NCBI RefSeq assembly: GCF_009914755.1
Contig: NC_060930.1
Origin: the human T2T-CHM13v2.0 reference genome, Homo sapiens
Direction: 5' to 3' (one strand)
DNA length: 64,000 bases
Positions 23,086-36,130 of this stretch are shown here, piece by piece (position 1 is the stretch's first letter; each line of letters begins with the position of its first letter). A program made the position numbers and the translations under genes. The notes beneath the pieces were generated by a model. It was given only the letters and a program-made list of their open reading frames with translations. It ran no database searches and had not been told where the DNA came from.

Positions 23086-23419
23086 TCCCCTAGACTCTGA
23101 AGACACATTTTTCTGTGTGCAACAGGGAAAAGATTTCTATTAATCTTATATTAGACTTTTATAAATCTTAGATTATATTTCTATCTAACCTTAGCTAGAA
23201 GAGAAGGGTGAAAAGCTGGAAAAGACATCTAGAATACTCCTTCTAAAGTTTCAGGGAAAATCTTAAGGACTCATTTGTAAGTATTACACTTTCACATAGT
23301 GGAAAATGATGGAAAATGATGCTATAGTTTTCAGCTGAACGTGGCAAATGGAACACATTCATTTTTTAGCTCTGATCTCTCTCAAAAGTCTAAAATGTGA
23401 GTAAAGGAAGACATAAACA

Positions 23420-23875
23420 AAACAGAGATAATTATTAACTCTATGGAATTAAAAATAGTCCAAAAAAGAAAATGTTATCATCTATGGCTCTTTTCTAAAC
23501 AGTATTTATGTAATCATAAATGCTAAAGTGAACATTAAATACTAACTTTTTTAATCACAAAAATTGTGATAAAGCCATATTGGGAGACTCTTGGGAAGCA
23601 CACTTATGTTGTCAGAGGCATGATAGGAGGACTGATATAAGAATGCTAAAAGCTCAAATGCCATGGTAGGCAATCATCAGATAAAGTCTGAAAGTAAAAA
23701 ATCAAGAAAGTGCCAATAACATGGAAATGAATACCAGGGGAAGGAGCTAAGAGTGGAAGGGTTGCTCCTGAGGAGGAGAATTCTGGACGGGAAGGTTGCA
23801 GCTGGGCACTGGCCTTTTACATTCGAAATCTATTTGACTTAAATATATATAAAACTGTGATTAAAATTAAAATGA
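23420..23875 (+). mobile_element. HAL1 / old L1M-type 3' region
   Basis: aaaaatcaagaaag...gaataccaggggaaggagctaagagtggaagggttgctcctgagg...tatttgacttaaa...ttaaaattaaaa. Confidence 0.55.
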
Positions 23876-24272
23876 ATGTGTTCGTTCATGAAAGGAAGAC
23901 GCTGTCAAGTCTTTGCTACCTGGAGGACAATAGGTGCCATGTTGTTAACCAATCAGTGGATAATATATCAAAGCAGCGTCAGAGGAGGGAGACCAGCTGG
24001 GTGCTCTTGCCACAGTCCTAGTGAGAGGTAATGAGAATCTCACAGCTGGTCCTGCCCAACCATGACAGAGCAGCATCCAGAGAAGCTGACTCCAGCCTAG
24101 AAACAGGAACCACAGACATTCTCAAAGTGAAAAATCCACTGGGTCAAGTATGACCTCCTGACAATCTAGGCTTTCAATATAATCAAGAAGCAAATTGCTT
24201 TTCTTTTGTTCTGCCTTTTACAGTTTATAAAGCCCTTTCACATACATCATGTGAAATGTCAGCTTTGGGCCC

Positions 24273-24636
24273 TGTCTTAGTCCTTTCGTGCTGCTATAAC
24301 AAAATACCTAAGATTGGATAGTTCGTTTATAAACAAGAGAAGTTTATTGCTCACAGATCTAGAGGCCAGGTAGTCCAAGATCAAAGTGTGAGCAGATTCA
24401 GTGTCTGGTGAGGGCTGGCTCTCCGCTCCACAGACGGCATCTTCTACCTGTCCTCACATGGTTGGAAGGGGTAAACAAGCTCCCTCAGGCCTTTTTTTAT
24501 GAGGGCACTCACCCCATTCATGAGGGCAGAGCCCTTCTGATCTAATCATCCCCTAAAGAAACCCCTCTTAATACTATGACACTGGGGATTAGATTTCAAT
24601 ATATGAATTTGGGAGGGACACATTCAGACCATTGCA
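24273..24636 (-). mobile_element. MaLR MLT1A/MLT1A0 solo LTR inserted in a MIR
   Basis: tgtcttagtcc...gctgctataacaaaatacc...cattcagaccattgca; perfect TSD ggccc at 24268-24272 and 24637-24641. Confidence 0.9.
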
Positions 24637-24727
24637 GGCCCTATCAATCCTACAATATTCTCCTTTTTCAGCCTTAAAAATAGGGCTTAGAAAATAAACC
24701 AGTTAAAGGGTAAAAATAGGTATGTCT

Positions 24728-24860
24728 ATGGCTCTTAAACCTGGTGACATTTTGGGATCACCTAAACAGCTTAAAAAATATTCATGCCTGAACCCTACAC
24801 AACTGAATTTGACTTTTTGTGGTGGTTTGAAGTCCCTTCAGATGATTCTTGTGTCCCACA
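24728..24860. mobile_element. MER5-type DNA transposon relic
   Basis: tggctcttaaacctgg...gatcacctaaacagcttaaaaaatattcatgcctg...cagatgattct. Confidence 0.55.
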
Positions 24861-24932
24861 TGAGGCTGCCTCTGCTACTCCTTAGCTAATCCAACCTCAT
24901 GTCCCAATACTCAACACACATTTTTCCACAGA

Positions 24933-25330
24933 CATCAGGGAAGGCTAGGTAATCTGCAAGAACAAGAACCACCAAGATTTCAGTGTCTTAAAGACAAAGA
25001 TTGATTCATCACTCACCCAAAGTCCACTGTGGGTTCAACAACTTTCCAGGGCAGCTATTCTCCACATGATGGCTCAATGTCCTTGATCCTTCCTCTCAGC
25101 CCACACTTCCATGGTGGTCATGGCTGCAGAAAAAAGCACTGAAGAACTTGCACTGCCAATCAAATGCTTCAGCCTGTAGGTGACACACATCACTTCCAAT
25201 TGGAACCTGTTGGCCACATGTACTCATATCACCCCACATGATAGCAAGTGTGGGAGTGGGGGAAGTACTTCTCTCAAGTGCCCCAAAATAGAGAAAAGCT
25301 GGGTATAGATAAACACTAGTAACATCTACG
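24933..25330 (-). mobile_element. old MaLR LTR (MLT1I/K-like)
   Basis: aggctaggtaatctgcaagaacaa...tttcagtgtcttaaagacaaagatt...tgcttcagcctgtaggtgacacacatcacttcc. Confidence 0.65.
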
Positions 25331-25867
25331 AACCTCTTTATGCCACCTGTGCTATGCTTGCTGCTCCCTACATGGCAATCCCCTGTCCTCTCCATTCTCC
25401 CCATTGTCACTGCTCTTTAATGCCTGGCTGAAACCTCAGCCCCTCCTTGAAGTATTCAACCAAATCTTTCTGCACTGATCCCCTCGACCTGCCATTAACA
25501 GTTCTCATTATCTGTGGGGTACATTTTGGCACTTGTAGTTCATTAAGCATTTTCAGTCTTTACATTTCTTCTATTGATAATAATTTAATCTCATGGATTT
25601 GGGGCAAAGTAGCAAGAGGTACTGTTTTTCTTACCAAAAGAGACGAATGTATCAGAAAGGTGGGAGGGATGGGCACCTAGGGAGTGAGCTCTGTGACTTC
25701 TGAGCATTTGCGTATCGCCAAAATGGAGAGCCAGAGGAGGTGCAAGTAAGTGGACCTGGGAACTTTGAAGAGGTTGTTTTCAAACGTTCGTTATCCTGAG
25801 AAGCTTAGGCTAAAAAATTGTACACCAGTAAAGAGAATTGGGCATTTCCACAGAAGAATGATGACCT

Positions 25868-26300
25868 CTAACGTTTAAGTCTTTAATCCATCTTGAATTA
25901 ATTTTTGTATATACGCCAAGGAATACTGTGCAGCCATAAAAAATGATGAGTTCATGTCCTTTGTAGGGACATGGATGAAATTGGAAATCATTATTCTCAG
26001 TAAACTATCGCAAGGACAAAAAACCAAACACCACATGTTCTCACTCATAGGTGGGAATTGAACAATGAGAACACATGGACACAGGAAGGGGAACATCACA
26101 CTCTGGGGACTGCTGTGGGGTGGGGGAAGGGGGGAGGGATAGCATTAGGAGATATACCTAATGCTAAATGACAAGTTAATGGGTGCAGCACACCAGCATG
26201 GCACATGTATACATATGTAACTAACCTGAACATTGTGCACATATACCCTAAAACTTAAAGTATAATAATAATAAAATAAAAAGAAAAAAATAAAATAAAA
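25868..26300 (+). mobile_element. L1PA (PA2-4-like) 3' end with 5' inversion (twin priming)
   Basis: forward ORF2 end, 3'UTR and A tail at 25909-26300; inverted ORF2 piece at 25868-25911; 16-bp TSD agaagaa(t/g)gatgacct at 25852-25867 and 26301-26316. Confidence 0.95.
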
Positions 26301-26544
26301 AGAAGAAGGATGACCTTAGAACTACTAATTATCTTAATGAAGGAATAAGAAATATTTCAAAAAGCCACAGGTTGCATGGAAAGCCCATCACTTAGCCCAG
26401 AACTTAAAAATACATGCACAAAAGTTGGGAGGTGAAGGACATTACTTCCCCTGAGCTCCCACTGCACCCTGAACAGATGGGGTCCCTGCAGTTTCCACAG
26501 GCTTTTGTACCTTTCTGCTGACATTGCCACTTATTTATTTTTAT

Positions 26545-26725
26545 TTAACAGACATATAATATTTACTATGTAGCAGGCACTATTACATGTTCTTTATAAA
26601 CATTAACTCATTTAATCTCATTACAACCATATGTAGGTTATAGTCCTCCTTATTCCCTTTACATATGAGAAAACCAAGTTTAAGTATATTGCACAAGATT
26701 ACTGCTAGCAAAAGGCAGAACCACT
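26545..26725 (-). mobile_element. MIR SINE
   Basis: tactatgtagcaggcactatt...aactcatttaatctcattacaacc. Confidence 0.75.
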
Positions 26726-26834
26726 AACCCCTTCAAAACAGGTGTATATATTTATATGCCCAGAAACTAACAACAGTAAGCACATAGGAAACATTTAAGT
26801 GCCTTTTAAATAAATGAATGTGGTCTTGTTTCCC

Positions 26835-27070
26835 TCTGAAGCCAGACTACCTGGGTTCAAGTCCTTCTACCACTTGCTAACTGTTTGAACCTGGGCAGGT
26901 TATTCGCCTCTCTGCACCTCTGTCTTCTCACCTGTATTACAGGGGATAATAAGAGGCCTCATAGGGTTGTTGTGAGAATTAAGAAAATTAAAAATATATA
27001 TAGTACATCTAAAAGTTTAGCACCATCCTGGAACAGAGGAAACACTCAGGAAAATGTTAGTTATTATCAT
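26835..27070 (+). mobile_element. MIR SINE
   Basis: gccagactacctgggttcaagtcc...cctcatagggttgttgtgagaattaa. Confidence 0.9.
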
Positions 27071-27179
27071 TTCACATGCTATATCTTAGCTCATCAAACT
27101 ACAAACTCCTGTAAATCCATAGGGGGATCATACCTGAAACTAGAATGTGGTAGGCATCCTAAATATTATCCTAAAATTT

Positions 27180-27744
27180 GGATATTGCTATTACTGCTAC
27201 ATAACAAAATTCAGCAACTTAAAACAACACACATTTATTTTCCTACAGTTGTTGTAGGTCAGGAATGCAAGCCCAGCTTAACCTGGTCTTCTGCTCATGG
27301 TCTCTCACAGTATGTAATCAAGATGTTAGCCAGGGCTGTGGTCTCATCTGAAGGCTCAATTGAGAAAGGACCTGATTCCAAGTTCACTCTGTGGTTATTG
27401 GCAGGATTCTGTTTTTTCATGGCTGTTGGACTGAGGGCCTCAGCTCCTTGCTGCCCATTGTCTGGTGGTGGCCCTCAGCTTCTTCCCACATGGGCCCTAA
27501 TAGCTCACTTCATCATAGCAAGTTCATAAAGACCCAGGAAGAGTGAGAGAATGCAAACAAGAAGAAAGTCATAATTATTTTGTAACCAAATCATGGAATT
27601 AACACCCCATCACTTTTGTCATATTCTATTAGTTAGAAGCAAGCCATTCTCTAGGTTCTTCTCACCCTTAAGGGAGGGGTTTACACAAGGGCATGGATAC
27701 CAGGAGGTGAAATTAGAGGCCTATGTCAGAAGCTGCTGACCACA
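27180..27744 (-). mobile_element. MaLR MLT1F-like LTR
   Basis: cagcaacttaaaacaacacacatttatt...ggtctcatctgaaggctc...ctattagttagaagcaag...ctgaccaca. Confidence 0.8.
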
Positions 27745-28539
27745 GGGCTCAAACATCCAAGAGGCAGCTCTGCTTTAGATGAAAGTGGGCAAGGTGGAGA
27801 CGCTGATGTTTGGGGTTCTGATTCTACTTCTGCCTCTAGGGTATGTCTTTTCAAACCCTCCTGGGGCCTTGGTTTCCACTCCTGTAAAATGAGCAGCCTA
27901 GACTGGGAGATGCCTCTGGTGCCTTTTATCCAGCACACTAGAGTTCTAGGTTTAAAAAAAAAATTACCAGATCTTAATTCAATTAAGGTCGTGAAGTTAG
28001 ATTTCTCTACATTCTTGGAAAGCTGCCAGGTACACAATTATCTGAGTCCCTTCTTGATGGAGGTGAAAGGTGAATCTCTGCCTTCCTCTCTGCTAGCCAT
28101 GCTGCCCCACCATACCAGCACTGGTGGAAGGAAGGAAGTAGGGCAGGCAGAGTCCTCGGGAAAGGGAAAGTCCCAGGTGTTTCCATTTACCTTCCTCCTA
28201 CCTCCTTGCCCTGAATTGCTCTGGAGGCTATTTGATGCAGGCTGGCGTCAAAACCTCGGTGAGATGAAAGGCCCTTTCGAGGTGCATAATTCAGAGCAGC
28301 AAGTCCTGCACAGAGCATGTGATTAGAATAAATGTGTGTCCCTGAGGCTGAACACGGCTCTGCAGCATGGCAAGCTCCTGCACACTCCCCTTGTAATTCT
28401 TCTTATCTCCTGTCCCACCACTCATTTCCTTCCCTCTGACGGCTCAGCAGCAGCCCACCCAGTGAGACCTCCTTTCAAATAGCACCCTCTGTTCCTTACA
28501 GAAAGAGTACAGGAAGCCAGAAAAACATGACGGGAGATT

Positions 28540-28705
28540 AGAAGTTTGGAGAGCCTAGTGTGGGTCCAGCCTGTGACCCTAATCTGTGCCATGGCCCTAA
28601 GTGAGTCCCTTCCCCTCTTGAGCCTCAGTTTCTTCATTCATTTAGTAAAGAATTTGGATTAGATGACTCTCAATATCTCATCCAGCTCTTAAATCCTGTG
28701 ATTCT
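28540..28705 (+). mobile_element. MIR3/MIRb SINE
   Basis: gagcctcagtttcttcatt...ttggattagatgactct...ccagctcttaaatcctgtgattct. Confidence 0.75.
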
Positions 28706-28779
28706 TACATTTCCCTAAACACTGAGCAGGGAAATTGGGGGTCACTAGATGAGTTATGATATGTTTGACCATGAGTAAC

Positions 28780-29195
28780 TGCTATGGTTGAAATGATGGT
28801 GTTCACTCCAAAATTTATGTTAGAACTTTATCCCCAGTGCAACAGTATTAAGAGGTGTGGCCTTTAGGAGATGATCGGATCACAAGGGCTCTACCCTTAT
28901 GAATGGGATTAGGTATATTTATACAAGAGCTTGATGGAGGGAGTTCATCCATTTCCACCCTTTCAGTCCCTTCTGCCATGTGAAGACCAGTGTCCTTCCC
29001 CTCCAGAGGATATAGCAAAAAAAGTGCCATCTTGGAAACAGAGAGCTGTCCTCACCAGACACCCACACCTGCCAGTGCCTTGATCTTGGACTTCCCACAG
29101 AATTCCTCCAGAATTCTGAGAAAATAAATGTCTGTTCTTTATGAATTACTGAGCCTCAGTGTATTTTGTTATATCTGCAAAAATGAACTAAGACA
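28780..29195 (+). mobile_element. MaLR MST solo LTR (MSTC/MSTD-like)
   Basis: tgctatggttg...gccatcttggaaacagagag...gaactaagaca; TSD gtaac/gtaat. Confidence 0.88.
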
Positions 29196-29457
29196 GTAAT
29201 AGAATCCTGAATAAAAGGTGACTTCTGCACATTTATCCCACTTAATAAACAATACAGAGATAGGAAGTTGTAATTTTGAGGTAATGGTTCAGCATTGTTA
29301 CTTTTCCATTGTCCTTTGCTGCCAACCACTGTGAGAGCCACCTCTCTCAGTATCAGATCCTCGCACCATGGGGCAAACACAGGAGGCAGAGTGGTGGGCT
29401 CTCTTTGATGATGCTCCTTAACAGGGAGGAAAGCTTTTCCCAAACACTCTCATGTTC

Positions 29458-29931
29458 TATTATGGGTGGGATTTTGTCCCCCAAAAGGAAATGTGGAAGT
29501 GCCTCACAATGTGATGTTATTTGGAAATAGGATCATTCATCACAGATATAATGAGGAGTTAAGAGGAAGCCATACTGGTGTAGGGTGGGTCCCTAATCCA
29601 ATATGACTGGTGTCCTTATAAGAAGAAGAGAGAGACACAGAGAGGAGATGGCCATGTGAAGACGGAGAAACACAGGGAGAACACCACATGACAAAGAGGC
29701 AGAGGCTGGAGTTCTGCAGCAGCAAGCCAAGAACTGCCAAGGATTGCCAGAGACACCAGAAGCTAAGAGAAAGAGATAGGACAGATTCTCCCTTAAAGCC
29801 TCCAAGAAAGAATGGCCTCACGGACACCGTTTTTACACTTCTAGCCTCTATACCTGAGAGAATACATTTCTGTTGTTTTAAGTCACCCAGGTTGTGCTAC
29901 TTTGTTATGGCAGCCCTAGAAAACTAATACA
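29458..29931 (+). mobile_element. MaLR MLT1C LTR nested in an older MLT1J/K-like LTR (about 29200-30110)
   Basis: ccctaatccaatatgactggtgtccttataagaag...caagccaagaactgccaaggattgcc...gcagccctagaaaactaataca. Confidence 0.85.
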
Positions 29932-30689
29932 TACCCCTCCTGCTAAAACTGAGTTACATGTCCACAACTATCGGTAAATCACCCATTGGTAAAAAAGAGA
30001 GTGGTATTGCCATGGTCAATCATGGCTCATCTTGTGAGGCTGAGCTCATTGCTTCCAGGACAAAACCAGGTTCTACAGACTACAAAAAAATTAGGGAGTG
30101 ACTATCAGGTTGCTGAGTCTAATATACACATTTGAAAAGTGAAAAAGAAATAGGCTCAGAGAAGAGAAGCATCCTGCTTTAGCTTCTCCCCGTCTGTGAT
30201 GCAGTGCCTCTTCACTGCATGTGTGCAGTTGTTCCATGTGTGGACTCTTGCCCACTCTTAGTCTATGCTATGTGATTCTGGCTTGCACAGATTAGAGTAA
30301 ATTGCTAAACAATGATTGATGAGAGACAAAGTAAGAAAAGGGCATTTTCCAAAACTTTCAGCATCCCAGCTCACACAGAAGATTAAAAGTAGAGCTCCTG
30401 GGTCTGGGTATGACTCAGTCTGGATGAAAAATGGGACTGGGAAGAAACAGCCTGAATACTGCTTCCTTAGAGGCCAGGGGTCACAGCAAAGGCTGAGGTT
30501 GGACAGGGGGTTAAAATGGGAAGGGACAGAAGAACATGACACCTGAGGAAGAAAGCATGCTGGCCTAGCCTACAGAAGGCATGCTCTTGGAGTACTGAGC
30601 TGATGTGGAAGGCTTCCTCAAAGAGACTCTGTAGATAAACACAGGCATGTCTAGGAAAAAAAAAAACCACAGATATATTGCTGCCAAGA

Positions 30690-32040
30690 ATGTCTCACGA
30701 GCACCTAACACTCGGATCGACACGTATGTCCTCCAAATGCTCTTCACTGTGTGCTTTCTGTCTTATCAAAAAGTGTTTGCATTGGCTCAATTGTCCAAGC
30801 CACAGTCATGGGAGTCATCCCTCCTCCCTCCCCCGCCCCCTCCTTAACCAATCACTCACCAGCTCTCCCTCCTAAATACTCCCCAAACGCATGCACCTCT
30901 CCCAGTCTCTCTACCTCCATCATCCTCGCTTGTGGAGATTACTGCAGTAGTCTCCTTACTCATCTGTTGCCTTTAATGTCCCTTCCTCCCTTGCCCATAT
31001 CTATCCCTACAGCTGCAATGGTCTTCCTGAAACCCAGATCTGATCACCTCCCTGCTTAATGACAGTCAGTGGCTCCCCATGGCTTTTGCATTAATGTCCA
31101 ATCTTCCTGACTTGCTTTCAAGGACCCTCATGACATTCCTCCTACTTCCCTCCAAGCCTTCTCTCTCACCTCATTTCCCCTGGACCCCAGCCTTAATTCT
31201 TCATGCTTCATAAAATAACTCTTCCGACTTCCTGCAGCAAACATGCTCTCTTAAGCACCAGCGCCCATCTCCCCACCATTCCCATCCAGCCTCCATCCCC
31301 CGGGCCCAAGTCTAGATTGAGCCTCTTGGCCCTCAGATTCATTTTGCACTCTCCCTGGTCCGCTCTGTGCTGTGGGGGGTGGGGAGGGCCTGGCTGACCC
31401 CTATAGGTGGCAATTCCCAGCCTCCTCTGTCACAGGGCTCCTGGCTGGGTTCAGCCGGTGGCAGGCACTGGCAGACAAGAGGCAGCGGTAGGAGAAAAGG
31501 AAAAGAAAGGATATTTCTTTCCTCTTTCTCTGCCTCAGGGGATATCAGCAGCAGTGTCTCATCCAGGCTCCCACTGGACACAACCACTGTGGCTCTACTT
31601 TCCACTAGGGGACTCTATGATCTCATTACACTGCTTCCTATCCTTGTGGCTCTAGCTGAGATACAGTAACTGCTTCCTGGAGTTGTTAATTTCTAAGACA
31701 ACCGGCCCCCTCCATCACCTGTGAGCCAATTTCCAGCATTAAGTCACTTCAGTTATAAATACACTATGTGATTTTTGTTTTCCTGGTTTTTCCTAACTGG
31801 CATGGGCCTTCTCTATCATCAGCTCCCTGTCCTTCCCCTAAGGCATCCCTATTCATCCTGAATTGTAAGGGCTGGTTTGCTTGTGTCTACTCCCTTCTGA
31901 TCTGAGTGTTCCATGAGGGCAAAGGCTGTGTCTGCTGGCTTACCATGGAACCCCATCGTACTCCTAAACTACCTGGACACAGTAAGTATCCAACGAACAC
32001 TTGAATGAGTGAGTGAGTAACAGAATGAATGAATAAACTT
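30690..32040 (+). mobile_element. L2 LINE 3' region, split by LTR33
   Basis: gattactgcagtagtctccttactcatct...aaacccagatctgatcacctccctgcttaa; tail gaatgagtgagtgag...gaatgaatgaataaa. Confidence 0.75.
31312..31802 (+). mobile_element. LTR33-like ERVL LTR
   Basis: ccctcagattcattttgcactc...gggttcagccggtggcaggcactggcag...tttttgttttcctgg...ctaactggca. Confidence 0.65.
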
Positions 32041-33269
32041 TGTAGCTAAGTCTCTTGCCTATTCTTCCAGCCGCCCAAATCTACTTTGATTTTCTCAGTC
32101 TTTTAAACCTCCCTTCCCCAAGAAAATAACCTTCGCTGTTTTATCCTTACCCTGTAGATTCCCCCTTTCCATTACTTTATTAAGTACAAGTAATACGGGG
32201 TAAACCATCCAAAGGTCTCTGCCCACACAGGCTTCCAACTTCCATGGCATATCTCCTGGGTAGGGGCCTCAGCCAGGGCTGCTGACCAGAAGAGAAAGAG
32301 AGTTACAAGGCACAAGGATCTACACAAAGCTGCCTGACAGAATTCTAGCTGGGGCTTTGGCTGTGGTTCCCACATGGAGCTTCCTCCTGGCATCATGTGG
32401 TGTGAATCTGGAGACAGCTTCATGAGAAGTAAGGCCTTTGCACCATTTCCCCTTCCCAGTGTTCTGAGCCCCTAGTTGCTTCCCTGCAACCCAGCTTTGC
32501 TGGAGTGAGGTGAGAATGAGAAGAAAAGAAGACACTTGGCTTTGTTCCCAAGTATGGGCTGGGTGGAAGGGTTATGTCTAGTTTGGCAGCCTAGCATGGG
32601 AGGGTGCCCGGTGGAGGGTGGGAAGCATAGGCAATGAACCAGGACAACTGCTGTGGTCTGAGTCGCTATTTTCCCTCTCTCCTTCCTAAGCCCACACATC
32701 ACATTTCAATCATCTCAGAGGATCTGTGCAGCAGCAGGAGATGGGCTGCAGGGATGCAGAGCATCCAGCCACGGCCTCCCCGGTGCCATAAGCTGATTAG
32801 AAATAAACATGGGGGCAATACACAGCAGTGGCTTTCTCACCTTATGCAGCAGAATCTGTTTCTAGGTCCAGGCTAAAAGCCAGCAGGCAAGAGAGAAGGG
32901 CACTGAGACACTTAGGCAAAGGCTGAGGGGCCGGGCACCTTGGGGCATTTTGTCATCCCTCTGTCTCCAAGAAAAACTTCAAAGATTCCAGTGTGGCCAC
33001 TCTTTTGACTCCATTTGGATAATGAGACACCCTAAACAGTAAAGTGCAGGTCATCACATATCTCAATAAAATAAGAGGATTAAATGGAAAAGGAATCTGG
33101 ATTGGTGCAAGGGTTGGAAGAAACCTCTCCCCTGTGCCAGCCAGAAATCTGTCTTGGAGTTCCGGATCTTTACACGATATGATGAGGAAAGGCTAGGACA
33201 GAGGAAGCTCTCAACCGTGTGGGTTGGGGATGGGTGGGATGAGGGGAACACAAGGTCAGTGCTGCTGGG

Positions 33270-33510
33270 GATATAATAACAACCAACACTTACCGTTACT
33301 GAGAAGTCCTAGGCACCAGGCCCTAAGCTAGGCACTTTTATTCATTATGACGTTAAATCCTTATAATAAGCCTCTGAAGTAGCTACTATTGTCCTCGTAT
33401 TACAAAAGAGGGGAACCAAGGCTCAGAGAGACTTGGTAGGCTCACACGGCTAGGTGTGAGTTGCCCAGTCAGACCTGGAAACCAAGCTTCCAAAACCCAT
33501 CACTCTTGAA
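33270..33510 (-). mobile_element. MIR SINE
   Basis: aggcaccaggccctaagctaggcactttta...accaaggctcagagag. Confidence 0.75.
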
Positions 33511-33799
33511 GTGACATCTATGCCCTGTCCCCCAGTGCAGAGCCATCACCATGGTGCTGCTCCCGGGTGAGGCTAGGGCCACAGCTCACCAATGGCAGGC
33601 GGAGGGGTGGCTCTAAAGTGGATAACGTTGGGTGGGGGGACCCCATGGCTCTGGTTCCATCTGCCTAGAGGCCTTTGCTTAAGGCAGCTGGAAGCCCAAT
33701 CATCTCACCTCATGCTTCTAACACGTTTCTGGTTATTAACAGGGACAGCGGTCCAGTTTCCCCTCTGTCCCTGAAGTTTCACAGTGTCTAAATGCCTGC

Positions 33800-34200
33800 A
33801 CACAGCCACTGCCTTAGCTCAAACCCTGGCCATCTTTCATGTGGCCCCTCTGAGCAGCCTCCTGCCCCATAATTCTTCCCAAGGCAAAGCTCATCATGTC
33901 ACCTCTCTTAAACTCTTTCAGGACCACTTTTTCCTGGGGAGTAAAGTTCAGATTGCTTAATTTGACTTTCCCAAGCTGGCCCCAACCTGCCTCCCAGGGT
34001 CCTGTCTCTCCCACATTCTCTGCACTCCAGAGACCTCAGAGGCCTGGCTGTTATACTGGGTGTGCCTTGCATTGCCATACTTCCTCGCCTATGCTGTTGC
34101 TCCAGCTTTCCTTCTCCTGATTATTCCCCTTGGCAAAATGTCACCTTTCCTGCCCAATTCAAATGTCATATGCCTTATGAAGCTTCTCCTCTGTGGCAAC
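33800..34200 (+). mobile_element. L2 fragment
   Basis: catcatgtcacctctcttaaactctttc...gtaaagttcagattgcttaa...aattcaaatgtcat. Confidence 0.65.
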
Positions 34201-34249
34201 TCCTCCCCTGAAGACTCCTTCTGAGTTTGTGATGAAGATGAGGATAATG

Positions 34250-34490
34250 ATAAAAGTAGTAAGAGCTAACACTGAGGAATGCTCACTCTGTGCCAGGCAC
34301 TTTTCAAGTATTACCTTGTTTAATTCTCATAACAACCCGAGGAGATGAGTGCCATCATTATCTTCATTTCATAGATAGAAAATGGAGGCCCAGAGAGGTT
34401 AAGTGACTTGCCCATAGTCATGCAGCTCATAAATGGAGAGGAACAAGGATTCAACCACAGCCATGCAGTTCCAGAGCCTGTGCCCTTAAG
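34250..34490 (-). mobile_element. MIR SINE
   Basis: ctgtgccaggcact...gaggcccagagaggttaagtgacttgcccatagtcatgcagct. Confidence 0.9.
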
Positions 34491-35229
34491 CAATCCCCAA
34501 GGCTCCTCCACACAAAGAACACCCATGGGGTGCAGATCCAAAGGTTCCTTTACAGAAGCATTGCTCACCTTATTTGAGAGGCCATGAGTCCCCTGTCTCC
34601 CCTGATCATCTGTGAGCTCCTTGAGGGCGAGGTCTGTCTTAGGAATCTGTCTTTTGTCTAGCACAACACCAAGGACAACGATGAGCAAGGCCTTTGCAGG
34701 AGAGAACAAATGAATGACATGTAATGATAATTATTTGAAGCATCATTCTGAGTCATCACAGGAGAGTGATAAATGCCCCAAAATGATGACCCATTGGTGA
34801 GATGAGGCACTTCTGTGCTGTCTCCCAGGCAGAAATGTGGGAAAAGAGTCCAGGAAACATGTCCTCTATGAAGGGCCGTTACTGAGACTCTGTGCACACA
34901 GGTAGAGGGAGGTCATGTGTCCTTTCACTGTCCTTTGGGCCAATGGTTTAGGGCAGAGGCAGGGCACACCTTTTCATTTTTCCTAAGTACCCAAGTCTCA
35001 GGTAATTCCTCATGGACTATACTGTTTATGGGCTCACCAAGTCCCATGAGACACGACCAGCCATCTGCCCCTTCTCTCACCCACACGCTTCACTGCAGAG
35101 ATGGAGGCAGAGTTGGGATTTACACAAATCACAGGGAGAAGGTGATGGGTGACAGTGCCATTAGCCACTGAGATTCAGCTTGCCCCACCCTGAGCCTGAA
35201 ATCCACACACCCACGAGACCTCCTATAGA

Positions 35230-36130
35230 GTCCCCATCTCAGTTCAGTTCACCACCCATCTGGCTATCCAAATGAGGAACCTCCTGCTCTCTAACACCAC
35301 CCCCCTCCCTCTCGCCCCCACACACAGCCAGTCCCCTGGTCCTGTCACTCCATTTCCCAAATATTGCTGAACCCATCCCTCTTCTTCACTGCCATGATCC
35401 CAGCTCAAATCTCACCACTTCTGGTCTAGAACTGGAAAGCCCCTTCCTTCTACGTATTATTTAGCTCCCAGGGAGCGCATTATAATTTATAAATGGGATC
35501 ATACCACTTCCTGTTTAAAAACTTCCAGTGGATGCCATATGTCACTGTCCTTTGGCCCAATGGTTTAGGGCAGGGGCAGGGCCTGCTGGGCCCTCTCCCA
35601 TGTCTCTATCACATTTTTATATTAAAAAGTGAAAAAAGAATCGAACCAAAGGACAGTCCTTTAAATTAAATATGTTTACCTTTACAACAACCATGCATGT
35701 AACCTCTTCCCACCTCTCTCACTACCTTCCACCAGCCCTGCAACAGCACGCCATGCTGTTGTCAGGCCTGGGGCCTTTGCCAGGCTTTCTGCCCAAAGTA
35801 CCTCCCATCTCCACCCTCACCCTTCCTCACCTGGCAGGCTCCCCTCCCTGTAGAAGACATGGATCAGCTCCTCCAGGAAGCCTTCCACAAGCCACTCTCT
35901 CTACAAATTCCCCCTACCCTGAAATCTGGCAACCTGCCCCAACATACTCCCATATTAAAATTGCTCATGAGACTCAGCACATTTCACTGAAATCATTTCA
36001 TTGCACATGTTTCCCCACTGAGCTGGTTCAGGGCAGAAACCCCCTCTTATTAATGTTCCCATGTCCCAACCCTAGTACAGCACCTGGAATGGGACCTAAT
36101 GGGGGCTCAGTGGATGTGTCTTGAATTGAA
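35230..36130 (+). mobile_element. L2 LINE 3' region carrying a composite templated insertion at 35542-35690
   Basis: gatcataccacttcctgtttaaaaacttccagtgg before the insert; cctagtacagcacctggaatgggacct...tgaattgaa tail. Confidence 0.75.
35542..35690 (+). repeat. composite duplicate of 34925-34965 plus 36604-36709
   Basis: 39/41 identity to the first donor; near-identity to the second donor. Confidence 0.95.

Noticed and set aside
25875-26099. 74-aa minus-strand ORF
   Set aside because: Antisense reading of the L1 3' end, a common artefactual peptide
26885-27529. Longest ORF (214 aa)
   Set aside because: Runs through a MIR and an antisense MLT1F LTR; no recognisable domain
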